Positions 13,667-27,969 are shown, numbered from the stretch's first letter. The stretch: 64,000 nt of DNA from Octopus vulgaris (GCA_951406725.2 OX597815.1:156116001-156180000), one strand, 5' to 3'. The notes: generated from the sequence alone by a model not told the origin. Translations and numbers: made by a program.

Positions 13667-15363
13667 GGAAATACAAATGGACTGTTCCCATGTCTACCAT
13701 GGATCCTTCCAAATTGTCAAGACTGTTGTGGTTTACACGAAATGCATCATTGTTCAATGTTACACTATTCATTGTTCTGAGGTTCACCATCTTGTACATG
13801 TGAAGGGCAGACATATTTAGTTAGTTAATTTTAGTCAAACCTTATTTTGGTCTAACATCTCCTTTACTGAGAGAGTGTTGTACAATAACTGAAAGTGAGC
13901 AGATTACCTCTTCAGATTATATTTTTCAGCTAGTTTAGTGAAGTTTCTTATCTTATGAATAAACATGATTGATACAATCCCAAGTAGATTACATAGCTGT
14001 CCACTTAGTGAAAGATATCAGTCCACGTAGTTGTTGTTGCGATTATCTAACCCCTAGGCCTGCTATGAATGAGCAAAAAGGAGGTCAAATTCATCCAACA
14101 ATAATCAGCTAGACGTTGGATTGGCAGATCAGGAGAAACGTTATAACGTCAGATAAAATGTCATACTGTATTTCACTATACCCCTTTATGTTATGCGTTC
14201 AAACCATCAGTGGGTAGATAAAATAAAGAACCAGACAAATATAAAATTTATTTTCCTCATGCGAAGCATTCTTGATAGAATGAAATTACAATAAAATAAA
14301 AGATCCCCTCGGTTTGGGGTTATTTTACGTGGCTTACATTTTCAACATGGGAAAATGTGATTTTAAAGTCATGTTGTTATTTCTAGCAGGTCAAGACTAG
14401 AACACCATCAGTGACTAGTCCAACTCCCTATTGAATATATAACTATAAAATATATCATGTCGACTTTCCTACTAACAACACTAATACTCTCGAGAAAGGC
14501 ATGAAGTTGAAAACTTCCTATCTTCTCTAGTAATAAATTAAGAGACCTTTGTGCCTTGATAATAGACACCAATATGTGAGTACTATATTTATAAATTATG
14601 ATTACTTCCATGAAATCTATATTATGTATAATGTATATATCTTTGACACACAAACAGCAGAATCACGGGGTGTCGTATGATTTATGAGGTATTCGGTTGT
14701 ACAGCAGAGAGACTCATTTTAGCTGGTAATGAAGTAACTTACAATAAATTCATAAGCATCATAACAGTAGTCTTTCTTCGTTGGCATCTGTTTCATGTAT
14801 TAATACAGCGTATGTAGTATTGCATCTGTTCTTTGGTTCATATATATATAATAGTTGGCTGTCCTGTCTAATTCATATTGTACAACTAAATATAACTTGA
14901 AGGCAGCATTTACAATTAACTGATGACCTATATAACTAGCGGGCGTTTTCTTTCTTTCATTACTGGCAAATTTATTAGACACAAACATATCAAGACATAT
15001 TTGTTAAATCTATTTCTTGTTCTTCTATTGGTAATGATAATTGTGAGTCTTAATCACTCCAAGGCGTTTATGTACATAATCAAACTTCGATATTCATTTC
15101 CTTTTCTTAAGCATAAATGTATTTTCTCTGCTAGAAACTTTTCCTTATGTCGACCATTTCTATCAATCTCATATTCTGATTTCCGCTTATTTTTTCATAT
15201 CTGTTTTAACGAGCGCGTTTGGGATTGTGTACTGAAGTAAACGAGTTCAGGTCTAACTGACATACAGTTAGACTTGAACTCTACGGCCCTAAGTTCAAAT
15301 AGCAGTTAAGTTTATTTTATCTGTCCTTACAGATGTTTTATAAAATATATTGAGATCCTTTTA

Positions 15364-15894
<531 letters not shown>

Positions 15895-17297
15895 CAGTAC
15901 ATCATAAAATGTAGTGAGATTGATTCTGTCCTGTATAATCCTTCTTTGCAACTGTTTGCCCTCGTACCTAGGTTAGAAATCAGTATTTGCTATAATAAAA
16001 AGCAGCGAAGCTATAGTTGGCTGAGTGAACACAGTATGTTTTATCGACCAAACAATTAGTGAATTACAAAGTCACTAAATATAGTGTGTGTCTCCGAAGA
16101 CAAAATAAATATACATCAGCGATTTATAGGTTCATGTTCAAATCTACCAATAATTTTATAAGTTACTTATGATGGTTTATTCTTTATCATTGATGTGATT
16201 TGTTTATGGTCAAGACACTAAATATTTATGTCCTAATTAACTTAACTGCGAATAGGTTCGATATGTAGATACAGTTTATTGCTGAAGTATGAATAGCGTT
16301 AAACAATTTCATTGGTTTACAGCACTGAGTTAAAATCGACTTTGGAAGATAGGAAGACAACTTTGATTTTTTTATACTGAATATTTCTGTAATTGTAAGA
16401 ATTACCAGTTGTTCTCTCTTTCAGTATTATCAACGAGAGAAAACAATACTAATTACAATATTACTGGATTTCAAGCATATTTACATGTATAAAGTTTGAA
16501 GAACATTCTCCAAGAAGTGAAGGTTTTAAGCAGCTGAAGCTGACTAAAAATATCAAGTTATTCTAGGTCTTATGGACGATGGGGATAATAATTTTCTACT
16601 ACAAGATATAGAAATACATGTTAATATTCAAACGTTCTCCTTAATCATGGTGACAGCCAACACTTTAAAACGGTCACCGTTTTTGTTCAGCTCACAGTGC
16701 AAAAACACGTGATTAAAAACAAAGTCAGCATTCAGTCAATTCTATTTGTTTTAACTTGCCATATTCACATTATTCGTTACAGCACGTGTCCTATGGAATT
16801 TGGGGAGGAAATCTGTAAAGCTGCAATAGTTATGCCTTCACGAAATGGTACTTGTGTCATAAGGTACATTTAAGTCGGTTTAAGTTTACAACCAGTTTCT
16901 GTGTCATGTTGCAGTGAATTTACCCTTGATAAACTGGGTATTCTCTTTTGTCACTAATATATTGGCTCGCGATCAACTATCTGTAATTCAATCTAAAACA
17001 TCTATCTGTAATTCAAACTAAAACATCGATAACTCTACATGTTTTCTGAACGTATGTATGAGAGGTATCCATTAACACGTAAACGGTTCTAATGTTTTAT
17101 AGATAAAACTGTGCGGAACTTCACATATTCCCAAGGCATCCATCTGATGAAAAGAGCTCGGCATTATTGTGCTACAAATAAACTGATCAATATTATTATG
17201 TTATACTATATGGATCCAGTAGCATTCTACCGTTAGATGATTTGGACCAACTGGCCATCAGATACATTGATTTAAAGAAAAGGTCAACATTAGTTAA

Positions 17298-17850
17298 CTC
17301 TTTAGCATTCAGATTACTTTGTCAAAGGAAAAGGTTAATGATTTGCATTGTTTTGAATTGATTATGTATTACTTTTTAACTTCGAGATTTTGATGCGATT
17401 GTTAAATTTTAGAATAGCATTGCTGGGTATGTATGAAAGGTCAGATCTGGCCAGTCTGAACAAAAAGCAGGTAGAATGTTTGAACCTGATAACTGGCACT
17501 CTCTCTCTCTCTCTCTCTCTCGGTTACAACGACGAGGGTTCATGTTGATTTCATCAACAGAACGTAATGTTAACGTGAAAATGGCTAAGTACTCCACAGA
17601 CACGCGTACTCTTAACATAGTTCTCGGGGTGGTTTAGCGTGACACAGAGTGTGAAAAGGCTGACCCTTTGAACTACAGGTACTACTCATTTTGCCAGCTG
17701 AGTGAAAAGAGGAAGCGTGGAGTAAAGTGTCTTGCTCAAAGATACAACGCGCTGCGGGAATCGAACACCCGGCCTTACGATCGTTAGCCGAATACCCTAA
17801 CCACTAAGATATGCGATTTCAACGATATGGTCGGTTTAAATGCTAATGGG
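17298..17850. mobile_element. piggyBac-like MITE interrupted by a SINE
   Basis: TTAA-CTCTTTAGCATT at the left end and AATGCTAATGGG-ATAA at the right end (decayed CCCTTTAGCATT TIRs with TTAA-type TSD). Confidence 0.55.
17520..17816 (-). mobile_element. tRNA-derived SINE, family 3
   Basis: Minus strand begins ..cttagtggttagggtattcggctaacgatcgtaaggccgggtgttcgattcccg (A and B boxes), then CORE-like tttgagcaagacacttta; ends at a (GA)n run. Confidence 0.75.
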
Positions 17851-18288
17851 ATAAAAATTAGGAACGATTCAACTATCTACTCGCCTCAAAACTATCAGCA
17901 ATATTTATTACTCAAATCTACTTTCAGTAAAATCTTAGGCGTCTTTTCTAGATACAAATCAAGCCTGAGGTCGTAACAAGGAACTAGGCTGTTGAATATT
18001 TTATTAATAAACACTGTGAATATTCCATCTGCTCTGACGTGTAGTTAATCTTACTGGATTTCATTTTGTTATATAATGTTGTGTGTGTGTGAGTGAGTGT
18101 CATGAAAATGAGAACTGAAAGCGATTAATATTTAATAGAAATAGCAGCGTAGGCCAACAATATATAATTGTGATTACTGATCACAATACATCTGATCTGC
18201 TTGGCCTTTCAAAATACTAAGTGAAGCAGTGCTTTTATAAAAACTAGAAATCAATCTAACTCTCCCTCTCTTGCTCTTTCTCTCTCCG

Positions 18289-18363
<75 letters not shown>

Positions 18364-18364
<1 letters not shown>

Positions 18365-18776
18365 GACGCAGGAGTGGCTGTGTAGTAAGTAGCTTGCTTA
18401 CCAGCCACATAGTTCCGTGTTCATTTCCACTGCGTGGCACCTTGGGCAATTGTCTTCTATTATAGCCTCTGGCCGACCAACGCCTTGTGAGCGGAATTGG
18501 TAGACGGAAACTGAAAGAAGCCCGTCGTATATATGTATATATATGTGTGTGTGTGTGTGTGTTTATGTGCCTGTGTTTGTCACCCCGACATCATTTTGAT
18601 AACCGATGTGGGTGGTGTGCTGACATCCCCGTAACTTAGCGGTTCGGCAAAAGAGACCGATAGAATAAGTAGTAGGCTTCCAGAGAATAAGTCATGGGGT
18701 CGATTTGCCCGAATAAAGGCGGTGCTCCGGCATGGCCGCAGTCAAATGACTGAAACAAGTAAAAGAGAAAAAGAGA
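18364..18776 (+). mobile_element. tRNA-derived CORE-like SINE, family 1 (full length)
   Basis: Head GGAGTGGCTGTGTAGTAAG..GTTCATTTCC, CORE-like GCACCTTGGGCAA, internal (TA)(TG) microsatellite, tail CAAGTAAAAGAG; near-identical copies elsewhere in the window. Confidence 0.92.
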
Positions 18777-19679
18777 AATACCCATTCGAACAGTGCAATA
18801 ATGGTATGAACTTGCATTTCATATAAGAAATTTATTTCATTACTACATCAGTAGTAATGAAATTAATTAAAGTATAAAGTTACTTTAAAATCTATAAAAG
18901 TATATGAGGAATTTATCAATCTAGTATCATCTTCGAGCCTACAACCTCACGAGGTTGATGCTTATTGGGTTTTACAAGACCATTTCTTATTTGTGTTCAT
19001 GACTCGCATACCTGAACAGCATGGCAGTTCATCGTAAGGCAGATGCCAAATAGCTATGGTCCTTACTTCTAGCTCAGTATTTTTGGATGAAATAATGGGC
19101 TTTACTCAAGGCTTCGGCGTACAACACACTTTGCAACTCGAACCCACAAGTTAACGATCGGGAGCTCAAACACCATAACCACTCACTCAAACACTTTTGC
19201 TGAAGTATGTCGTCATATGTAAATCTCATTTTCGTAGTTTCATTAAACTGTACAAAACGTCTATGCTAAAACAGTATGACGTTAGAAATCTTCCAATAAT
19301 TGTAAACATACGATGCTCTCTAAGAAACATCAAACTTTTGCGTACAGCTTCTAAAACTCAAATAGATAGAAGTGAATTCTTGTAAAGCAAAACTGATTAT
19401 CTTTATGGCGGTAACATCTTACGAATTTAATCCTTTTATTCAATCTTTAAATATCTATTTCACTTGTTTCAGTCGTTGGCAGCGGCTATGCTGTCGGTAC
19501 CTTGAAGGGTTTAGTCAAATAAACTTACCTCAGTACTTACTTTTAAGTACATTACTTATTCTGTCAGTTTATTTTGCTGATCCACTATGTTACTGCAATG
19601 TAAACAAACCGACACCGGTTGTCATGTCGTTGTGGGCAAGTATAAACACAAAAACACACTTATGCGCATATACATCCAT

Positions 19680-20375
19680 ATGGCCGAGGAGTTAGAACTT
19701 TACACTCACGATCGCAAGCTCGTGGTTTCGAAACCCCAGACCGATGGTATGTTATGTTCTTGAATAAAACACTTAATTTCACGCTGCTCCAGTCCTTTCA
19801 GCCGTAAATGGGTAATCATGCGACAGTCTCCTATTCCTTCGAGGGAGAAAGTTGACCTGTCTGCCCAGTCAGTGAGATAGAATCATTAAGAATAGGAGTG
19901 GCTGTGTGGTAAGTATCTTGCTTACGAACCACATGGTTCCAGGTTAAGTCCCACCTCGTGGCACCTTGGGCAAGTGTCTTCTACTATAACCTCGATCAAA
20001 GCCTTGTGAATGGATTTGGTAGACGGAAACTGAAGGAAGCCCGTCGTATAAATGTTTATATATATATGTGTGTGTGTGTGTCTGTGTTTCCCCCCCCCCC
20101 AACATCGCTTGACAACCGATGCTGGTGTATTTACGTCTCCGTAACTTAGCAGTTCGGCAAAAGAGACCGATAGAATAAGTACTAGGTTTACGAAGAATAA
20201 GTCCTGGGGTCGATTTGCTCGACTACAGGCGGTGCTCCAGCATGACCACAGTCAAATGACTGAAACACGTAAAAGAGTAAAGAGTAAAGTGTCGAAAGCT
20301 AAAACATTGCGAGGAAGTGCATTGTGACCACTTGTGTATAACGACATCCCATAGTCTGGTTGATACAGTGGTACA
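19680..20375 (+). mobile_element. Older family-3 SINE split by a family-1 SINE
   Basis: Head at 19680-19830. 3' module (19850-19887 joined to 20293-20375) matches the reverse complement of 55915-56027. Confidence 0.55.
19888..20290 (+). mobile_element. SINE family 1 (full length)
   Basis: Colinear with 18364-18776. Confidence 0.92.
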
Positions 20376-20774
20376 TATACAACGGGTTTCCACAGTTTCC
20401 ATTCACCAAATTCTCTCACAAGACCTTGAGTAAAAGTTGATGAGAAGGTCTTTTGCAGTCACTTGATCTGCTAGAAACATTTGTCAAATCAGATACCATT
20501 GATGTGAGAAAATTTTGTATTGTTTCATGCAGTTTGGCGGTACACCCCGCTGGAAAAAATAACGGCATGATAGTGGTTAAAATGGTTTTATGTCTCTTTG
20601 ATCTCGACTGGAAGGAGAATGACCTGGGATCAGATAACAACAACATCTCAAGGATATCTAAATGTCATCAACGTCTTAATTCGTCTTGCTAATTATAACA
20701 ATGATTTTGTTTATGAAAAAGAAATATTATGAGTTTTGAACGGTAAAAGTGTTTCAAATTGTGCTTTAAGTTAC

Positions 20775-20960
20775 AGATGAGAGAAGGCGAAAGAGAAGCA
20801 GGCAGAAGAATCCTGGCTGACAACGTCAAGGACAGGACAGGCTACATGAATGCAACCCAAGGACGCATGACAGAAAACAGAGATCAGTGGCGACGGCTGA
20901 CTGCAAAAGCGTCTTGAGTGTCACCCCAAACTCAGGTTGTATCAGGTAAGGGATCTCGGC
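20775..20960 (+). mobile_element. RTE-clade LINE 3' fragment
   Basis: RRRKRSRQK..DNVKDRTG..RMTENRDQWRRL resembles the RTE/BovB C-terminus. Confidence 0.5.
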
Positions 20961-23288
20961 GTTGATAATGATTATATGAGTAAACTACCATGACAAGACA
21001 AGGGTAACAGCAAAAATTTAAGGAAAGACTTGCTTAAATGGTAACAGAGATCCCTCTTTAATGAAATCGAAATTACAGAAATCCGCGTAGGGCAACCGGA
21101 TAAGAGTTGTACAAGCTACTCGTTTGTACAAAGTGGCCACTGAAAATTATAATCGCAAGAAGCATCTTCATATACCGATCTTTTCGTTGTTGCTGCTGTT
21201 GTTGCTTAACTCTGATGGAAAATTCTTATTGTCATAGTTGTTCCATCTGTGACAATACTGACGTTTAAAAGAGAATTTTGGACTGCCTTGTCTAATGCAG
21301 TGGTTCTCAACAGGGGGCGAAAATCAAATTTTTGGGGGTGATGAATGCAGTCTTCGATCGGCGACTGTACAGGCAATCATGCATCCAGTGCATTATGACA
21401 ACAAAGGCTCTTCTCAATGACTGCGGTCAAGCTGTAAAACCAAGACTTTTAATTCAAATACAGTAACTATGCGCCTCAATAAGTGCGTTGTCTTACAGGA
21501 TTTAGCTCATCGATTTATAATGATTCATTCACCACTGAATTTCTTACCCTTGTTGCTATGCCACTGGCCGCCGAGCTGCGTGATTCATTGAATACTCGCT
21601 ACTCGCCTGAATTTGACGTTCTCTCTCTTAAACGTCGGACGTAGATATAATCGTCAGTTTAGCGTTTACTAATTTGCATTCGTTCTCACCTACTTTTTAT
21701 GGCAGGTTCGGCGAAAAAGAAGTATCGACAGTATATAGATGAGTAATTTCCGCTCGGAGAAACTGGTACCTCTTACCTTGCCTCTTTAATTTCTTCTCTC
21801 CTCCTCACGTTAATACAATATATCGCCTTCACTTCGTTCCTTTCCTTTTACAAGCTTTCAACGGCCAAAACAATGCTGTTTTCTCATCTTCCTTCGCAAT
21901 AATGTTCCAAAATTAAAGCTTTCATACTTCAGAATGGTTGAACACACGAAAAACTTCAAGTGTAGAAAACACCTGTACAAAACATATTCATATTCATCGT
22001 AGGGTAATATGAACAATAGTAGTGTGGTTATCCATATCTTATTTCTAGAAGAACTATCCTTAAAGCCACTTATTAGCGTGTGCTGATAACCTCGACTTAA
22101 TAGTCATCACCAGAAAACCACGAGGATTTTCTGTATTTTCGGATGATTTACAGAACACTGGAATCGAAAAATAAGCATCAGTTTCAAGATCCTTAAACCT
22201 GACACATATACAGCCTATACCATTCTTAACAATGCAGGAAACATACCAGCCTATACTATACTTGATCTGTATATTGGAACAAGCATGTTTAGCTTAGCTC
22301 ACAATGTTTGAGTTATTCATGATTGAGGAGGCTAGATTAAGTCGAAACATCGTGCCTGGCAATCCACCGACGTTCTTTCCGATGTTTCTCTGAGAGAACC
22401 ACTTAGCTAATGCCATTCCATGTTTGTATATACTTTATAAATGTTATTTGCTGCGGTGTTTTAATATAAAGCGCTTTCTAGTGGATATATCAAAACGGAA
22501 ATATTTTTATTGTGAATTGAATTATTTCTTTATTGAGAGGGACTTTATTTGCTTCACAACAACGGACATGGTTTCCCATAAAGGGAGAAATACCATTAAA
22601 ACTGAGAAGTAACAGTCTTTATAATGAAGTAAAGTTATAGTAAGTATTGAAGGACGGCTAAGGAATAAAAGTAGAGCAGTATAGTGTTGGCGGATAACAG
22701 TAAGATATTCTTTTTAAGGTTCAACAAATGGATTAATTTTCTCGTGAACTGATCAATTATAAGAAACACAATTTATTTCTCAGTGTAACACGAAGAAAAA
22801 TAACAGGCAGCTCATCATACTGCAAATGCTCTCAGAGAAAAGGTAAAAATTCTATTCGTAACATGGCAGTGTTTAAATGTAGAACTACAGGTCCTAATAC
22901 TTCCAACAGTAAACGAATCTAGACCGCAGCAATATCTATACTGTATGTGTGTGTGTGTGGAGGTGTTTGGGTGTATAGGAGGGACTTAAATAAGTACAGC
23001 AAGAGAGCCTCTGGAAGTTAGATATCGTAATCATGTTAGAACTCTTGGCATTAAGGAGACAACAAGATTAGAAAGACCACAACATTTATCTAGTGAAAGG
23101 CTATTATATAACCGAGTTTTCATTGTGGCAAGAGAATCGCATTGAAACGATAACAATATTAAGGTCGTCGTAGATATATTGCATAAAGATCTCAATCTTG
23201 TGCAACTTTCTAAACTGTAATCTAAGTTTGCATAGTTCTTACAGTGCTGATTTGAGCAACCTAGCTTTTATCAAACTTTACTTAAATT

Positions 23289-23705
23289 GGATCTTTTCGG
23301 TTTGAACGGCAGTTTTTAACATAATTTCTAGGTAACTAAAAAATGTTAAACTTCGTATACTGGTGGAATGTGTTTATAAAACACCCTTTTCTCGTGACTT
23401 TATTGAGAAAATTCTATAGTTTGTAAGATATTTGTTGTTTTTTTCTTCAATTTCTGCAATTTCAACCAATCACTGACGTCTAGTGAGGTAAAAAAATATT
23501 CGGTGCCGTATGAATATGTCCCTCGTTTAAGAAACAGATTGGGTTTATTTACATTTGTGAAGAAAAAAAGATACCCTTCCTCCCACCCCTAACTCTAACC
23601 CTAAAACAGATTGAAATGCAATAGATCGATACTAGGGTCATAATTTTGGGTGACAATTTCATACGACACCACAAGAAAAAACTGCCGTTCAAACCGAAAA
23701 GATCC
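23289..23705. mobile_element. Merlin-like MITE (417 bp) with 29-bp perfect TIRs and a short telomeric tract
   Basis: GGATCTTTTCGGTTTGAACGGCAGTTTTT ... AAAAACTGCCGTTCAAACCGAAAAGATCC. Exact 8-bp TSD CTTAAATT at 23281-23288 and 23706-23713. CCCTAACTCTAACCCTAA at 23587-23604. Confidence 0.92.
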
Positions 23706-24532
23706 CTTAAATTTTCTCTTTATCGACAAGCTGTAAAAACCATCAGCAAATTCTTGTTTGGATACTATAAATATCACGTCATAAATATATATCTTTTCCA
23801 AATCGTTTTGAAATCGTTTTAAAGGAGATGCTGATAACCTTTGCCAACGACTAACATATATGCTATGTATTATCTTTCCACCAAATTACAAATAAGAATG
23901 TTGAATCAAAATGGAAATATTTATGCTGCTGATTGCAGAAAGTCTGCAAATAAAAAGAAACGAATTTTGAATGACAAAAGATATGCGTGAATAGAGGCAT
24001 GCTGCAGGCGCCATTTTAATTGAAAGGAAAATACTAGAGGGATAATTGACAATAATCTTCAACAATATGTCAGAGACGTGAAGATTTCCCTTCAGATAAC
24101 CGGATTTTCTGCAGAATATACCCAATGTATACACAGATGGCCTCTGCAAATCTAGAGAGCAATGTTTATAATTTACACTACACTTTTATAAACTATTACT
24201 GTATACAATACTTTCTAATTTATAGCAAATATAAACTATTATACTCTATACCAGCATCATTTTGACTCATTCACTTGTTGCTAGGGCATTTATAATTGGG
24301 ATGAACGTCATATCTACAGCTTCATGACTTTATAAGTACAACCATATACACTAGTGTTAATAATAACTTTGAGAAATCTGTGGATGTCAGAATCATTTTA
24401 TTTCAAGTCTCCTAACAGTCTGAAGTTTATGTCAGAAAGTTTATATGCTGTTTATATTATGAATCAAAAAGGTGTCTTGTAAATTCAGTGGATTGAAATG
24501 GAATCAGCTGTAAACACGAAGTTAGTCTATAT

Positions 24533-24864
24533 ACTCTTTTACTTGTTTCAGTCATTTTCACTGCGGCCATGCAGGAGCACCGCCTTTAGTCGAGCAAATC
24601 GACCAGGGGACTTATTCTTTGTAAGCCTAGTACTTATTCTATCGGTCACTTTTGCCGAACTGCTAAGTTACGGGGACGTAAACACACCAGCATCGGTTGT
24701 CAAGCGATGTTCGGGGGACAAACACAGACACAGAAACACACACACACACATGCATATATGTATACATATATACGACGGGCTTCTTTCAGTTTCCGTCTAC
24801 TAAATCCACCCACATGACTTTGATCGGCCCGAGGCTATAGTAGAAGACACTTGCCCAAGGCACC
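24533..24864 (-). mobile_element. SINE family 1 (5'-truncated)
   Basis: Colinear with the other copies up to the CORE-like segment; tRNA head missing. Confidence 0.9.
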
Positions 24865-27800
24865 AATCAAATTTCGAAATAGTAACGTGGCGAACAGAGA
24901 TTTAGACGTTCTACTCATAGATTTTGGAGGTTTTAAAAGTGAGTTACTCTTGACTAGAACGTCTAGCGCTGACTATTTACCAGTCACTAAACTTACAATC
25001 CATCCGTACAATGAGGTATAGAAAAAGGGATTTGAATAAAAACTCTTGTATTCCTATACAAGATTCAGTCTATTAGGAGTAAAATAATGTCTACAGAATT
25101 CTCAAACATCATATTTACTGAACTGAAAGAATAGTTGCCACTATATATAACTGGTAAAACTCAGGATACGACGGTCATGCCAATTACAGTTACAACTATA
25201 CTATATAAAGTGGTACATGTTAAAGTAGAACAATGCTTCTTAATGTGAACGACACCGCCTTATAGGGCGTGTGCAAGCGTTTTATGAGGGTATACGGGAC
25301 AAAGAGGTGATAGGAGGTGCATGTACAAAATTTTTAGTTTTTAGTTTTGGGCTCCTTTAAAATGTTAGCTCCAAAAGAATATTTTCAAAGTAATATAACC
25401 TGTTTTTTAACAATAATCACAATAGCAATTTCAACATGAACAATATTTATTAACATTGACTTCGAAATGTGATTGAGGAAATAAATCAAGACTTGATATA
25501 TACCACCAGTGCTTAAAAAGTAGAGTGCTGCTGTGGTAAGCAGTCAACCATGTCAAACACGGAACCAAATTACTCTTACCCGATGTTGCATGTACGTAGA
25601 TTATAAACACGGTGGAATGAATAGTAGTGAAGGAACGTTGAAGAATTGTTAGTAAAAGAAAAGGTGATAACTACAAAAACAAGTCTGAGAAGCACTGAGC
25701 TTGATAGTATTGAAACCCTGTTTCCAGAATATTTGTAAGTGTGAATATTCTTTGTGATGCTGAAATATCACACTTAAGATCATGTTTCTTGAAATGTATT
25801 GTCATGGAAGCGTTACCACGAAAGATATGAACTGTGAGATTATCACAGTTTCTTCATACTATCTTAAGGAACATCTTGTTTCTAACCAATACATATATAT
25901 ACATATATACATGCATACGTAAATAGTACGTGTGCACGCTCGTTCGTACACACGTACTACGACACACAAACACACACACTCAGGCGCATACATATAAACA
26001 CACACACACACACACACAGAGGCAGATACATAGAAGCACACACACACACATAATATACATTGTTTTGTCAGAGAAATAAGATAAGCATCTGCGATATTTT
26101 GCAGGGCCATCCAAGTCTGGTGAGACGAAAGCAATACCCCACAACAGTAGATCTGACCGAATCTTTCCATGACGCTGGCGACAAGCTGAATGATCGATTA
26201 ATACAACGGTTTATCGAACAGGAAGCTAAAAGGTTTCCGACGTCGAACTTTCACTCACAAAGCTTTGGTCAATTGGAGGCTAAAATAGGAAATCAAAATT
26301 GCTGAATGTGCTGCGTTATGGAGTTGAAACTCAAAACCATGCAATGGCGAAATTGATCAACCAAGCCAATCTTCTACTTAATATTCTCTTCTTCCAGTCA
26401 TCTCAACTAGATTACACCGACCCACTACTTATTCCAATCTGATAATTAGTTTATTATCCTCTGTTTATTGAACTGTTAGAAACGAGTCATTAAAATAAAA
26501 TAGAGCATTAACAAATATACCGTTTCTAGATGTAAATAGGAAATCTATCACACGCATACGCACACACGCAGACATAATCTTTATGTGTATGACGGCTTTT
26601 TCACAGTTTCCATCTATCAAGTTTCACCAACAAGGTATTTATTAGACAATCAGACACTACAGTCGGAAAGGGGTTTAATCCGGAATGACCTGTGAAGTAA
26701 ACTTCTTAATCATAAATCTTTGCGTCAGTTTATATCGAAAATGTTAGAGTTTCCTTTGTTCTATAACGTGTTATATAAATTACTAGTATTTTCTCCCATC
26801 AAAATGACAAATTTTTCAGTAAAATCGTTGCAAAATTTCGATTTTCCCTTGTGTTTATCTGCGTTTGGGCAGTTTAATATGAACTCTGTTTCCATTCGGC
26901 AATTTTGGGGGAAGATATCTAACTTAGGGAACAATGATTGAATGCAAGAATATTTGTTTAGTTTATTCTTGGTATTGATATCATTAGGTCGACGCTAAAA
27001 TTTGTTTGAGAGAACAGTTGTTTAGGCCCTGGCAAAAAGGTTATGCACCCTGGTGATTTATGTACACCCGAGGAATAACCAACTATGTGGTCGCACGAAC
27101 AGGCTTGAAATAGTTGCTCGTTCTTACACCAGTGCACTGCAGCAATCTTAAGAATGCAGGCTACGTTAGATAATTATAGTGAGTCCTAGATGCATTTTGT
27201 CACAGTAGAATACGTAAAGCTGCTGATTAGAACATTTTGGATCATAGGCGTGCATAAACGTGACTAAACTTGTGGATAGATAGCAACAACATCGCTCTTT
27301 GACACTCACAAGAACGCAATAACTGTAATACACCGTCCAGCCACTAAGGTTCTGAAGCCATTATTTTTATGCAGAAATTGTGAGTTTTTACTGGAAAGAG
27401 AAGACACTGTGACATCTGCATCTCGTTTTAGTGAAGAAAATTACACCCACTGGAAGAGATGAGGTCATTGGTACAAGTTAGTGAAATAACTCTTAATACA
27501 CCAAAGAAGAATGTGATATTCTACCTGCTAGAAATAACAACTAGATGTACCTCAAACCATACACGCGTCTAAAATGTAGCACATATTAAGCAATGTTACC
27601 ACTGATATAAAAAGGCGTAACAGCCATGATGAAATGTGCTTTTACATAAGGGATGCACTCGGGTTAAACATTAGCAATAACAACATATGCTGTGGAAATT
27701 TTACCTCTTTTCAGAGGAAAGGGATGAGGCAAGGATTCTGCAGAATCTTCCTGACAGGTGACGTTGATGCATAATCAAAATTTTGCATCATTTTCACTGG

Positions 27801-27969
27801 TTTCGATGCTTGAAAAATTCCTGGACGGACATTAATATATTGCTAAGAAGTTTGCTTTGCAACCACGTGATTTCTGGTTCAGACCCACTGCGCGGCACTT
27901 ATGGCATGTGTCTTGTTATAGCCAATAGTGACTTGTGAGAGAATTTGTTAAATGAATATAAACATTACT

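Noticed and set aside
18364-18435. tRNA genes at SINE heads
   Set aside because: A/B-box-like heads continue directly into SINE bodies; no complete cloverleaf could be built.
21298-21345. hAT-like TIR CAGTGGTTCTCAAC
   Set aside because: No matching right TIR or TSD found.
22318-22358. Hammerhead-like TTGAGGA-GGCT..AGTC-GAAAC
   Set aside because: Stem I does not pair and the triplet is GUG; may be a very old PLE end but is not supportable.
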